Below are positions 36,934 to 45,099 of a DNA stretch of 64,000 bases, one piece after another (within the stretch, counting starts at the first letter, position 1; every line of letters begins with the position of its first letter). The notes beneath the pieces are model-generated. The model was not told the origin of the DNA and did not search any database. It worked only from the letters and a program-made list of their open reading frames with translations. Made by a program: the position numbers and the translations under genes. Location of the stretch: positions 17,374 through 81,373 of IMG/VR virus record IMGVR_UViG_3300021387_000272. One strand, given 5' to 3'. This stretch comes from a virus. Lineage: Duplodnaviria > Caudoviricetes.

Positions 36934-37155
36934 TTACAACTTTTCTTTTATTCTTTGATACTCTGCATTAGACATGGTTCTCCAACTCTTTTCTGAGACT
37001 TGAATAAGCCAGTCATTCTCTCTTGCATAGTGTGCCTTGGATTCAAAGGTTCCCTTGAATCTGAAATGCCCTGAGACTGTCTTAAAACACATCTCAACAC
37101 ATGGTAACTGCATGACAGTACCTAAGTTCTCCCTATTGATTTGAATTGCCTTCAT
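36934..37155 (-). CDS. Hypothetical protein
   Basis: 73-aa ORF, ATGA overlap with the upstream ORF. Confidence 0.55.
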   Translation of the reverse strand: MKAIQINRENLGTVMQLPCVEMCFKTVSGHFRFKGTFESKAHYARENDWLIQVSEKSWRTMSNAEYQRIKEKL

Positions 37156-37246
37156 CTCTCTCCTTTTTCCAAATATGAGATAAAATTATAAAGTTTACTA
37201 ATACTACTACAGCACCTAATGCTGCTCCTAATAAAAATGCTATCAT
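37152..37246 (-). CDS. Small membrane peptide (31 aa)
   Basis: MIAFLLGAALGAVVVLVNFIILSHIWKKER; starts 2 nt after the upstream stop and is the likely real part of the listed 37152..37421 ORF. Confidence 0.5.
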
Positions 37247-37248
37247 AA

Positions 37249-37437
37249 TTAATCAAAATAATCTTTTTTAATAAAATATGAGCAACCATCAGTAACAGGT
37301 TCCTTTGGATGGTAGAAACTTGCATACTGATAGTCTGTGTTCTTAATCTCTTGACCAAGCCAGTATCTGTAGCATTGGTCTTTCTTCGTGCATTGTTCTT
37401 GTGAACAATGCATATAATCATGGAAATATTGGGGCAT
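37249..37437 (-). CDS. Small Cys-rich hypothetical protein
   Basis: HCSQEQCTKKDQCYRY...C pattern. Confidence 0.55.
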   Translation of the reverse strand: MPQYFHDYMHCSQEQCTKKDQCYRYWLGQEIKNTDYQYASFYHPKEPVTDGCSYFIKKDYFD

Positions 37438-37440
37438 AAC

Positions 37441-37608
37441 TTATTCCTTCATAAATAATTCTTCTCGTTCAAATTCGGTGTGCATTATCTCATATTTTCC
37501 ATCACATGAGGTTAAGACATAATGGTCATTGGCTGTGCCTTCCCACATATCTATTTCCCATAGACGGTTAGCATAACGCACTTTGTCTCCTTTTTTAAAT
37601 TTTGGCAT
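37441..37608 (-). CDS. Small KOW-like hypothetical protein (55 aa)
   Basis: Hand translation MPKFKKGDKVRY...; below the ORF-track size cutoff. Confidence 0.5.
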   Translation of the reverse strand: MPKFKKGDKVRYANRLWEIDMWEGTANDHYVLTSCDGKYEIMHTEFEREELFMKE

Positions 37609-37620
37609 AATTATTGCATT

Positions 37621-37851
37621 TTAAATTTTGATATCAGTCCACTCAGTAACCTTATGAATTCCTGAAGTTGTTGCTTCATAACAATCCATCCACTTTTTTG
37701 TTGCAAAGCTGTAACGTGAATAACCAAGAATAGATACACCATCTTTTTCTCCACATCTTACCAAATACAGCGGACTTAATGCGTAATTATTTGCACAATG
37801 TTTAGTTGGGATTTCAGTAATTGACTTCCAAGAAAAATTGATTTTTTTCAT
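37621..37851 (-). CDS. Hypothetical protein (DUF551-like)
   Basis: 76 aa; WKSITEIP ... VTEWTDI pattern. Confidence 0.5.
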   Translation of the reverse strand: MKKINFSWKSITEIPTKHCANNYALSPLYLVRCGEKDGVSILGYSRYSFATKKWMDCYEATTSGIHKVTEWTDIKI

Positions 37852-37865
37852 AACTTATTCTCCTA

Positions 37866-38045
37866 TTATTCCTTTTTTAAATAATTAGGCCACGCACTTG
37901 TACCAGAAGTTGTGGTTGTAGTGATTTCAACATATTGTTTGTCAGAACAACTACATGTTTCACAACTACACGGAAATTTTCCATTCATACAAAATCTTGA
38001 AAGACCATCTGTCGCAAGATAGGGGCATTGTATAACTATACTCAT
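37866..38045 (-). CDS. Small Cys-rich hypothetical protein (59 aa)
   Basis: Hand translation MSIVIQCPY...FCMNGKFPCSCETCSC. Confidence 0.45.
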   Translation of the reverse strand: MSIVIQCPYLATDGLSRFCMNGKFPCSCETCSCSDKQYVEITTTTTSGTSAWPNYLKKE

Positions 38046-38559
38046 AACTTTATTCTCCTTTCATATAGTTTTTGAAATCCTCAAAAAATCTACTATCTAC
38101 ATACATGGTTTCCATATGAATATCATACCTCCATATCGTTGTTTCCAGCTACATAAGCATCACATAGCATTTTATGAACTTCAAGACTTGTATAAATTCT
38201 GTTACTCTCATAGTGATTGATAGCATAATCACTGGCTTTCAATTCTTGTTTTTCTTTTTTTGTCATAGTTTTATATTATTTTGATTACAATATTTTATTG
38301 CTTTATTGTATGCTTCTTGTCTTGTATTTCCTTCACAAGTGACTTGTTTAGTCCACTTATCATAATGGATATATGCATAAAATCCTTTATCTTTTCTTGT
38401 GGAAGGAAATGGCCTTATCATTATTTCTGTTGCCATAATCACATATTTTTAAGTCTTTCTTTAATCTTTTCTTCCAATACTTCAACCTTGTCTTGATAAG
38501 TCAAAGATTCATCGTGTAAGATGTATAAATAGTATTCTAATTCGTGCTTAAAATCCATA

Positions 38560-39978
38560 TTATTCTCCTTTTAGTTTCTTTAAATCGTTATACAAATTAA
38601 TCAATTCTTGTCCTTGTCCTGCATAGGATATATTTCCAGTAAGATTTAAGTCGTGCAATGCTTTCATTTGTTCTTCGCTTGGTCTCCACCCTATTCTTTG
38701 TTTTAGGCTTTTGAGCCAATCTATATCTTGATTTACTGCGAATCGAGTTGTGATGAATGTTGAACCTTTCTTACACATCCCTTCAAGTCTGTCAAGAAGG
38801 CTGTGTATATGTTCTTCATCCTCTTTACTCCAAGGCTTTTGCTCATATAATTTCTTGACGGCAGTAATAGCACATTTATGTGATAAGATACCATCGTCTG
38901 TCTGGTAACCATCAACACTTCCAAGAGTCTTTTCAAGGATTCTTTGGGCATGAAAAAGGCTATCAATGCCATAATCCTCGCCATTATATTCTTCATCCTC
39001 AATCTTCTTCAATTCTTTTTTCTCAGCATCCCATTCATAGCCTGCTTCCTTTATTTTTGCAAAGAGAGTATCGCGCTGTTCTTTGGTGGCTGGTTTCAAG
39101 TAGTTTATACAGATACAACAAGTGCCTTTATCATAAAACTCATCATTAACAAGAAGCGCATGATAATGGACGTGCCCTTCATAAGGTTCATACAAAGACC
39201 AATAAATCATTATCCACAAATCTTCTTCGTCTGTTACATAAGCAAGTACGTCGCCATCCTTGGCATCATCAATAGTCCAAAGGTGGTAATTGTCTTGTAA
39301 ACTAAACGGGATGCTTGTATTGATGCCTCCCATAAAGTCTGCGATTTTATAGCAAGGATAGCTATATTCTATGCTTGTTATCTGGCCACCAACATATCCA
39401 TCAGTAATCCAATCACCAACCTTAAACTTTGGTTTATTTTCACCAAATATGCAATCATTGACAATCTCGTTGTATGTTTCAGAATCTATACCAAGACTTT
39501 CTTCTGCTGATTTCATTTCTATGGTAGGCTTCTGCTCATCCTTTCCAATGTTTGAAGAATTGGAAAGAATTGGAGAGGTTTCACCTTGCTTTAAATGTAA
39601 TTCATCCAAAGTATTTTCAACTCCATGCTTAAAGGCTGCCACACACATATTAACGATTGGACTATTTTTTACACCATTACCTTGGTTTATAAGTCTCTGT
39701 TCATACGCTTCTATCATAGATTCAATATCCACAGTTAAGGATTTCTCACCTTGCTTTTCAAGCCAATCAATATACCTTTTAGCATCTTCTTCTGAAGTGT
39801 ATGAAGTTTCACCTTTGAAAACGGCAATAATTTCTTTCCTCACCTTCTCATCCTCGGATTCTTTGAGTTCGGGGAAGATTTGAATAGCAGCGTCTTCATA
39901 AACCAATCCTGCGTCAATTAAATTTTTAATCACCCTTAAAGCCTTATCATAGGCTTTTGCTTTTTCTTTTTGAGTCAT
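38560..39978 (-). CDS. Modular hypothetical protein of Bacteroidales/Prevotella phages
   Basis: 472 aa made of recurrent modules ELKESEDEKVRKE, PKFKVGDWI, HLWTIDDAKDGDVL, PATKEQRD.LF.K.KEAGYEWD, WSKEDE, WRPSEEQM.AL. Confidence 0.75.
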   Translation of the reverse strand: MTQKEKAKAYDKALRVIKNLIDAGLVYEDAAIQIFPELKESEDEKVRKEIIAVFKGETSYTSEEDAKRYIDWLEKQGEKSLTVDIESMIEAYEQRLINQGNGVKNSPIVNMCVAAFKHGVENTLDELHLKQGETSPILSNSSNIGKDEQKPTIEMKSAEESLGIDSETYNEIVNDCIFGENKPKFKVGDWITDGYVGGQITSIEYSYPCYKIADFMGGINTSIPFSLQDNYHLWTIDDAKDGDVLAYVTDEEDLWIMIYWSLYEPYEGHVHYHALLVNDEFYDKGTCCICINYLKPATKEQRDTLFAKIKEAGYEWDAEKKELKKIEDEEYNGEDYGIDSLFHAQRILEKTLGSVDGYQTDDGILSHKCAITAVKKLYEQKPWSKEDEEHIHSLLDRLEGMCKKGSTFITTRFAVNQDIDWLKSLKQRIGWRPSEEQMKALHDLNLTGNISYAGQGQELINLYNDLKKLKGE

Positions 39979-40144
39979 AATTTTATTCTATTTTTATACA
40001 AATTTCATTATCAAGATATATCCAAGTTACTTCATGTGTATTTTCATTATCATCATAAACATTTAACAAACCATCTTCATCTGCTTTTTTTAACAATGAT
40101 AATAATAGTTCTTTTTCTTCCTGTGTCATAACTATTTATTTAAA

Positions 40145-40372
40145 TTATAATTCATTATTTTTGTGTGCCTCTTCTAAAGCATCCCAAAAATTTACTGATG
40201 CATCACATCGTAATTCCCAAAAGCCGCAACTTGTTGAGTCTTCGATATATGTAATTGGATAACTTGAAGCTGTATGACCACCCAAATTAATCATAATGAA
40301 ATCATCATCAGGAATATGTTTAAGTTCTTCCATCAAATCGTGTTTTCTAAATTTATAATATCCCATAATCAC
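40145..40372 (-). CDS. Hypothetical protein
   Basis: 75-aa ORF, overlapping-stop packing. Confidence 0.5.
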   Translation of the reverse strand: MIMGYYKFRKHDLMEELKHIPDDDFIMINLGGHTASSYPITYIEDSTSCGFWELRCDASVNFWDALEEAHKNNEL

Positions 40373-40743
40373 AACATTTTAAGTTCATTGAGTTTAATAA
40401 TCATTTCATAGCAAGCATCAATAGGATTATTGAAACACTCTGTTTTATAATTATTTGGCTTCATAAATTCATCATAGTATTGAATCCAATAGTATCCCAT
40501 ATAATTAGAATCTAATGATGGACGACCTATATTTAGATTTTTAGGCAAAACACTAAGCAATGCTGCAAGACTCCAACAAGGAATATCAATACCTGACGGT
40601 TTACTAAAATCTATTGTATAAACTATTTCATCACAAGGATATAGATTATATTGAGATATTGTATGATACCTCATATCCGCACTCTCAATAGGCAGTATTT
40701 CTGCCAACCTTTTGCTTTGCTCTATGTCTGTGTAACTTCTCAT
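40369..40743 (-). CDS. Hypothetical protein of a Bacteroidales phage family
   Basis: YT.IEQSK.L..ILP.ESADM ... PCWSLAALL..LP ... NPIDACYEMI pattern. Confidence 0.65.
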   Translation of the reverse strand: MRSYTDIEQSKRLAEILPIESADMRYHTISQYNLYPCDEIVYTIDFSKPSGIDIPCWSLAALLSVLPKNLNIGRPSLDSNYMGYYWIQYYDEFMKPNNYKTECFNNPIDACYEMIIKLNELKML

Positions 40744-41042
40744 TTTCTTTTCTTTTTGTATATTTTGTCTCCTATCTTAAATGCTAATTTCATAAGAATT
40801 ATAGTTAGTACTGGATAAATTATTATACAATTAACGAGTATCAATATAAAATGAACATTTGTACTTATTATGCCATTTAATCTAAGATTCAATATAAAAT
40901 GCATAAGCCATACAAAAATTGCTGATGCTATTATATATCCGCACACGCCACAAACGCACCCTATTGCTTCCTCATCATCATGAGGATTTAAGTCGGGAAT
41001 ATCATCTGAATCATAAAATGCCCAAGGATTGATAAATATCAT
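40740..41042 (-). CDS. Membrane protein (2 predicted TM helices)
   Basis: Two hydrophobic stretches and a basic C-terminus. Confidence 0.6.
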   Translation of the reverse strand: MIFINPWAFYDSDDIPDLNPHDDEEAIGCVCGVCGYIIASAIFVWLMHFILNLRLNGIISTNVHFILILVNCIIIYPVLTIILMKLAFKIGDKIYKKKRK

Positions 41043-41531
41043 CTAACTTTCCTCCTTAATTTTAAATGTGAGTATATTTTCAAGCGAATACTTCAATGAT
41101 GCTTCAACAGCTTCTTCATAGTTTTTTGCTGACACAACAAATGCCTTTTGTTGAGGATTATATTTGTCATTCATCCACCCACCGCTTGCCATGTAGTGCC
41201 AGTAGAGCAAGCCACAAGTGTTCCTGCCTTTTTCATCTTTGACTTTGCCATATATAGGGCTTACACCAACACTTATATACAGTTGATGCACTTCTCTCAA
41301 CCACTTCATTGCCATTTGATGAGTTGGAGCAGAAATTCTTGGCACAGAATCATCTTCATAATCTTCTAAACCACCTTCACGATTAAAATGAAGAGATTTT
41401 GAAAACAGTGCACACAACTCATATTCCTCACTATTCCAAATATATGCACTTCTACAAGGCTCATCAAAACCTTTCTCTTTGAGCAGCTTGGCTACTTCTA
41501 ATGAACAATACGCTTCTTTAATCATAATCAT
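41043..41531 (-). CDS. Hypothetical protein of a Bacteroidales phage family
   Basis: EAYCSLEVAKLLKEKGFD ... SAPTHQMAMKWLRE pattern. Confidence 0.65.
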   Translation of the reverse strand: MIMIKEAYCSLEVAKLLKEKGFDEPCRSAYIWNSEEYELCALFSKSLHFNREGGLEDYEDDSVPRISAPTHQMAMKWLREVHQLYISVGVSPIYGKVKDEKGRNTCGLLYWHYMASGGWMNDKYNPQQKAFVVSAKNYEEAVEASLKYSLENILTFKIKEES

Positions 41532-41767
41532 TTCTCCTTTAATTGTTCGACAAGTTCTTTCAATTCCTTCTGCCTACGTTCCTTGCAGAAGCGACAGTTG
41601 CCTTTGTGAGAATAAACATAAGAATTAATGCCATATGTATAGCATTTAATATATTCGCAACTATCTATATTTACTATTTTTAATCCTTCTTTAACATCAA
41701 TAGTTACTGGTTCTTTGCACCCCGCCATCATCAAGGCGGCAAGTGCTAATAGGATAATCTTTTTCAT
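41528..41767 (-). CDS. Small lipoprotein
   Basis: Signal peptide with lipobox MKKIILLALAALMMAG-C. Confidence 0.65.
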   Translation of the reverse strand: MKKIILLALAALMMAGCKEPVTIDVKEGLKIVNIDSCEYIKCYTYGINSYVYSHKGNCRFCKERRQKELKELVEQLKEK

Positions 41768-41952
41768 ATACTAATCTTCTAATTTAATATCTTTGATTTC
41801 TAACCATTCTTCAAAGGTTGTTGTATTAATAGCGCAGTATTGCTCAAATAAAGCAACTTCTGTGTGATATTGGTTTATTGCATCTTGTCTTTTCATAACT
41901 TTATTCTTTATAAGGGTTATTTTCTTCTGTTACTTCAATAGCAAGATTCGAG

Positions 41953-42384
41953 TCATTTACAGGCTTCTTCAACCATCTGCTCTTTCTGCCATTGAGCACC
42001 TGCCTTGAAGATTTCATAGAAACTATTCTTGTCTGAATCTACAATTCGTTTAAAGGCTTCTACTGCTGCTTCTTCCAAATCATTGCTTACAGGCTCTTCA
42101 CCTTTCTTGATGATAACTTTATTACCATCAATAACTGCGTGATAGCCTTGTGGGATGAAATATGTAGCTTCCATCAGTTCACTGTTTGAAGCTCCAAAAG
42201 GGATTACGGATTCTTTGATGCCGAAATCTTTTTCGGTATCTGAGAGGGAGTCAATAAATAAAATAAGGTTATTATAACAGTTATTTACTGCTATAATTTC
42301 CCTAAGATTCAATATTTCTTTGTTATAAGAAAGTTCATTTTTAAGCCTTTCAATCTCAGCTTTGATTTTTTCTGCTTTGTTCAT
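41953..42384 (-). CDS. Hypothetical protein
   Basis: 143 aa; KIKAEIERLK and SNDLEEAA...FKAGAQWQKEQM modules typical of Prevotella phages. Confidence 0.6.
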   Translation of the reverse strand: MNKAEKIKAEIERLKNELSYNKEILNLREIIAVNNCYNNLILFIDSLSDTEKDFGIKESVIPFGASNSELMEATYFIPQGYHAVIDGNKVIIKKGEEPVSNDLEEAAVEAFKRIVDSDKNSFYEIFKAGAQWQKEQMVEEACK

Positions 42385-42386
42385 AG

Positions 42387-42632
42387 TTATAAATCAATTT
42401 CTCTTATATTTTTAATACTGCATTTAGGTATAGTAATGATATTACATACCTGCTCTGGCTTAATTCCGTAGTTCTGTGCAATAGTAACACAGTTGTCCAT
42501 CTCTTTCAATAAGAACCCTACAGATATACAATCTAAAGATTTTTCATCTACGTCTTCCAAAAGAGTCCAGTCAAATGCTCTGACTGAATCTACCCATTCA
42601 ATTACTATTATATTTTTTTCTACTTTGTTCAT
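42387..42632 (-). CDS. Conserved small phage protein
   Basis: VIEWVDS ... CISVGFLL ... IPKCSI pattern. Confidence 0.6.
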   Translation of the reverse strand: MNKVEKNIIVIEWVDSVRAFDWTLLEDVDEKSLDCISVGFLLKEMDNCVTIAQNYGIKPEQVCNIITIPKCSIKNIREIDL

Positions 42633-42633
42633 A

Positions 42634-42789
42634 TTACCAAATACTTACATAATAGTTTCCATTATTGTCCTGACTGAGTTCAAGACGTGTAATGTTATCA
42701 CCTACTCCCTGGTATACAACAGGGATTTCACAAGAGGTTATCTGCCTTCCTATGGAAGTAGATTGGTCAATTAATTGTTGTAGTGTCAT
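42634..42789 (-). CDS. Small hypothetical protein (51 aa)
   Basis: Hand translation MTLQQLIDQ...YYVSIW; A-rich initiation region AAAACAATTATG. Confidence 0.5.
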   Translation of the reverse strand: MTLQQLIDQSTSIGRQITSCEIPVVYQGVGDNITRLELSQDNNGNYYVSIW

Positions 42790-42817
42790 AATTGTTTTGT
42801 TTTTAGTTAATAATTAG

Positions 42818-42918
42818 TGGGGAAGACAGGAGTTGCACCCATTACACCAGTATATTATCCTAAGATAATAAGTGGTTTAACTACTCGGACTCTTTTGTGC
42901 TTTGAGAATCCCATCCCC
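42818..42918 (-). tRNA. Non-canonical tRNA-like RNA (Leu-like, 101 nt)
   Basis: Acceptor GGGGATG/CTTCCCC (one mismatch) plus A73; T-arm ATGGG-TGCAACT-CCTGT; variable arm TAC-TGGT-GTA; extra 7-bp hairpin after the acceptor; 3' trailer CTA as in the other tRNAs here. Confidence 0.55.
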
Positions 42919-43002
42919 AAATGCCCCTACACTTAGGGGCAAAAACCAACACATGAGATTTTTAAGTACAAGAATTCATTATAAATACTAACCTTCACAG
43001 GC

Positions 43003-43572
43003 TTATTTCTTCAACATAGCTATCTTATCTTCTATATAAAAGATTGCTTTTTGCAAATCTTCAATAGCTTTGTCTGTATCTGATATACCTTTCTCAGTTT
43101 TATGCCCCTGCCTTAAGATATACTTAATAGCATTGCCTAAGTCGAAATCCATGTGACGAGTAATATCAATTACCTCAATACCACACAAATCCTTTAGCCA
43201 AGTATAATGACTTGGATGATACACTCTGTCATCTTTTTTAAGTACCTTTCTCTTAGTAGTTTTTGCAGGAGCCATGTTCATAATAGGTATATAACCTATT
43301 GCCTTAGGAGAACTTCCTTCCATAGTCCTTGTAATAGGTAAAGCCAGCTTAGCAAGTATCTTACCTGCCAATTCTCTATTCTTTTCAGGAACAGTATCAT
43401 AATAGTTTACAAGGGCTTCTTGTAGAGGTTCTAAAACTTCCTGATATTCTCCTGTCATTCCCATTTTCTGATTTTGAAGAAAGGGCTTCGTTTCATTCTC
43501 TATTGGAGGCAAGTTATCTCCAGTAGAGGAGGAGAAATTGGTGGAGAAATTCTTAGAATTTAGATTGCTCAT
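43003..43572 (-). CDS. DUF3310-domain protein with an N-terminal extension
   Basis: VYHPSHY...IEVIDI...FDLGNAIKYILR.GHK...EDLQKAIFYI. Confidence 0.8.
   Translation of the reverse strand: MSNLNSKNFSTNFSSSTGDNLPPIENETKPFLQNQKMGMTGEYQEVLEPLQEALVNYYDTVPEKNRELAGKILAKLALPITRTMEGSSPKAIGYIPIMNMAPAKTTKRKVLKKDDRVYHPSHYTWLKDLCGIEVIDITRHMDFDLGNAIKYILRQGHKTEKGISDTDKAIEDLQKAIFYIEDKIAMLKK
43498..43528. repeat. Short inverted pair of the dispersed motif
   Basis: CTCTATTGGAG-9nt-CTCCAGTAGAG inside the N-terminal extension of the DUF3310 gene. Confidence 0.65.
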
Positions 43573-43831
43573 AACTATCTGTCTTGATAAAATTTTCCAT
43601 AAGGAGTTTTGGTCCCTTGGTGAAATTAACTTCTACAATATTTTTAATACGAAGCTTATCTTGAACTCCATTGAATTGGGATTCAGACATAAAACAGCTC
43701 TGAGCTTTATTAAGAGTTTCTGCCTGTACTACTGCAGTTCCTGCATACTCAATAGTCTGGGCCACTTCTTTAACCTCATAGGTAATAGCAAATAGCCTCA
43801 TCCTTTCCTTCTTACAATTGTTGTTTGCCAT
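43553..43831 (-). CDS. Hypothetical protein
   Basis: 92-aa ORF downstream of the putative promoter at 43881. Confidence 0.55.
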   Translation of the reverse strand: MANNNCKKERMRLFAITYEVKEVAQTIEYAGTAVVQAETLNKAQSCFMSESQFNGVQDKLRIKNIVEVNFTKGPKLLMENFIKTDSYEQSKF

Positions 43832-43873
43832 ATCAATACTCTATTTTTGTTTTTAATTTCATAACTCTAGGAG

Positions 43874-43917
43874 TATGGTGCAAAGATAAGGAAAATTTCC
43901 TAAACCTCTGCACCATA
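43874..43917 (-). promoter_or_regulatory. Hairpin containing a Bacteroidota -7 element
   Basis: TATGGTGCA...TGCACCATA inverted repeat (13 bp with G-U on the - strand); TATCTTTG on the - strand at 43881-43888; no clear -33 TTTG. Confidence 0.5.
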
Positions 43918-43923
43918 ATACTA

Positions 43924-44286
43924 TTATTGTGTAAATTCCACTTCACCAAATACTTGGTTAAATAGAGATTGTTCCATATAAACTATAGGGGAGTTTACAT
44001 CCTTAAACATTCTCTCCTTAGCTTCCTTGGTAATACCTATTATTCTACCTGTTCTATAGGGATTATTGCCAGATTCTCCATCTCGGACCTCGATTATCAT
44101 TAAGCCTTTTTGGTTAATGACTTTCTGACAGTCATCACAAAAGCCTTGCCTCATATCCTTAGGAGCTTCTGCATCTCCCTTTAGCTTACCAAGTAGAGCT
44201 AACCCATATTCTTTACCACAGCATTCGCAATGGAGAATTGACGGATTAACACCATGTTTCTTAGATATTGTTATACTTCTACCCAT
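43924..44286 (-). CDS. Hypothetical Zn-binding protein
   Basis: CxxC (CECC) and FCDDC motifs, 120 aa. Confidence 0.6.
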   Translation of the reverse strand: MGRSITISKKHGVNPSILHCECCGKEYGLALLGKLKGDAEAPKDMRQGFCDDCQKVINQKGLMIIEVRDGESGNNPYRTGRIIGITKEAKERMFKDVNSPIVYMEQSLFNQVFGEVEFTQ

Positions 44287-44288
44287 AG

Positions 44289-44687
44289 TTATTCTCCTTC
44301 ATAAACTTCTTCATCTACTGTCCAATTATCACACTCACTTAAAATATGCTCATACTTTCTCTTAAGGAACTTTTCATTAATATTACGTTCTTTGGAAACC
44401 TCATGAACTTTATTAAGGTCCTTTTGCACATACTGCTTAAGCATCTCAAGTAATTGAGGGATAGTATAATGATTGTCTGTATACACAGAACTCCAATTAG
44501 TGTCACTAGTATCTAATTCAATGTGGTGAGTAGCATCATCATACTCAATGCCATAATCATTTGTATTACAAACTACAGTCTTACTTAAAGATATAGACAC
44601 TGTGACATCAAACTCCATGTCAGGAATTATCTGCTCATTGTATGGAGCATCTGCGTCATTAGCTGCTCCTGGAGGGTAATTATCCAT
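44289..44687 (-). CDS. Hypothetical protein
   Basis: 132 aa; YPPGA...APYN N-terminus. Confidence 0.6.
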   Translation of the reverse strand: MDNYPPGAANDADAPYNEQIIPDMEFDVTVSISLSKTVVCNTNDYGIEYDDATHHIELDTSDTNWSSVYTDNHYTIPQLLEMLKQYVQKDLNKVHEVSKERNINEKFLKRKYEHILSECDNWTVDEEVYEGE

Positions 44688-45099
44688 TGTTCTGCTGCTT
44701 TTCTATTGATTCTTTATCTAAGTCATAATCACTGCCAGGTTTTCCCTCTGTAGTAGGAGGCACTGTATCCTCTTCCTGCTCCTCTATTAACTGTGCTTGG
44801 ATGTCAAGCCATCTCTTCCAGTTACCATCTATGACAGAGGCAATAGGCAACTCAAAGGAAGCCATAATAGGCTGAGTATCATCTCCTTCAACGTAAGAGT
44901 AAAGTAGAGAAAGGACTTTTCCGTCTATTCTCCAAGACCTGAGAGTTTCTTCCTGAGCATTCTCATTCTTTTTAGGAATAACCTTGAGGATATAATCAAA
45001 TATCCTCTTGGTTTCTTCCTCAAGAAAGTTCCTAACAAGTAGGTACTTTATAACATCTTTTCTACTAATTGCCATAATAATTGTTTTTAATGAATCCAA
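44680..45099 (-). CDS. Hypothetical protein
   Basis: 139 aa directly downstream of polA. Confidence 0.55.
   Translation of the reverse strand: MDSLKTIIMAISRKDVIKYLLVRNFLEEETKRIFDYILKVIPKKNENAQEETLRSWRIDGKVLSLLYSYVEGDDTQPIMASFELPIASVIDGNWKRWLDIQAQLIEEQEEDTVPPTTEGKPGSDYDLDKESIEKQQNNG

Noticed and set aside
37152-37421. 89-aa ORF in the track
   Set aside because: It overlaps the better 37249-37437 gene; only its last 31 codons look like a real membrane peptide.
38050-38270. Possible frameshifted gene (a 48-aa ORF overlapping a second open frame)
   Set aside because: No slippery site or homology support; it may be two tiny ORFs or a recombination scar.
42818-42918. tmRNA or tRNA-Sec identity for the tRNA-like element
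   Set aside because: It is only 101 nt with no tag ORF and no G3-U70 pair, and it has no UCA anticodon.
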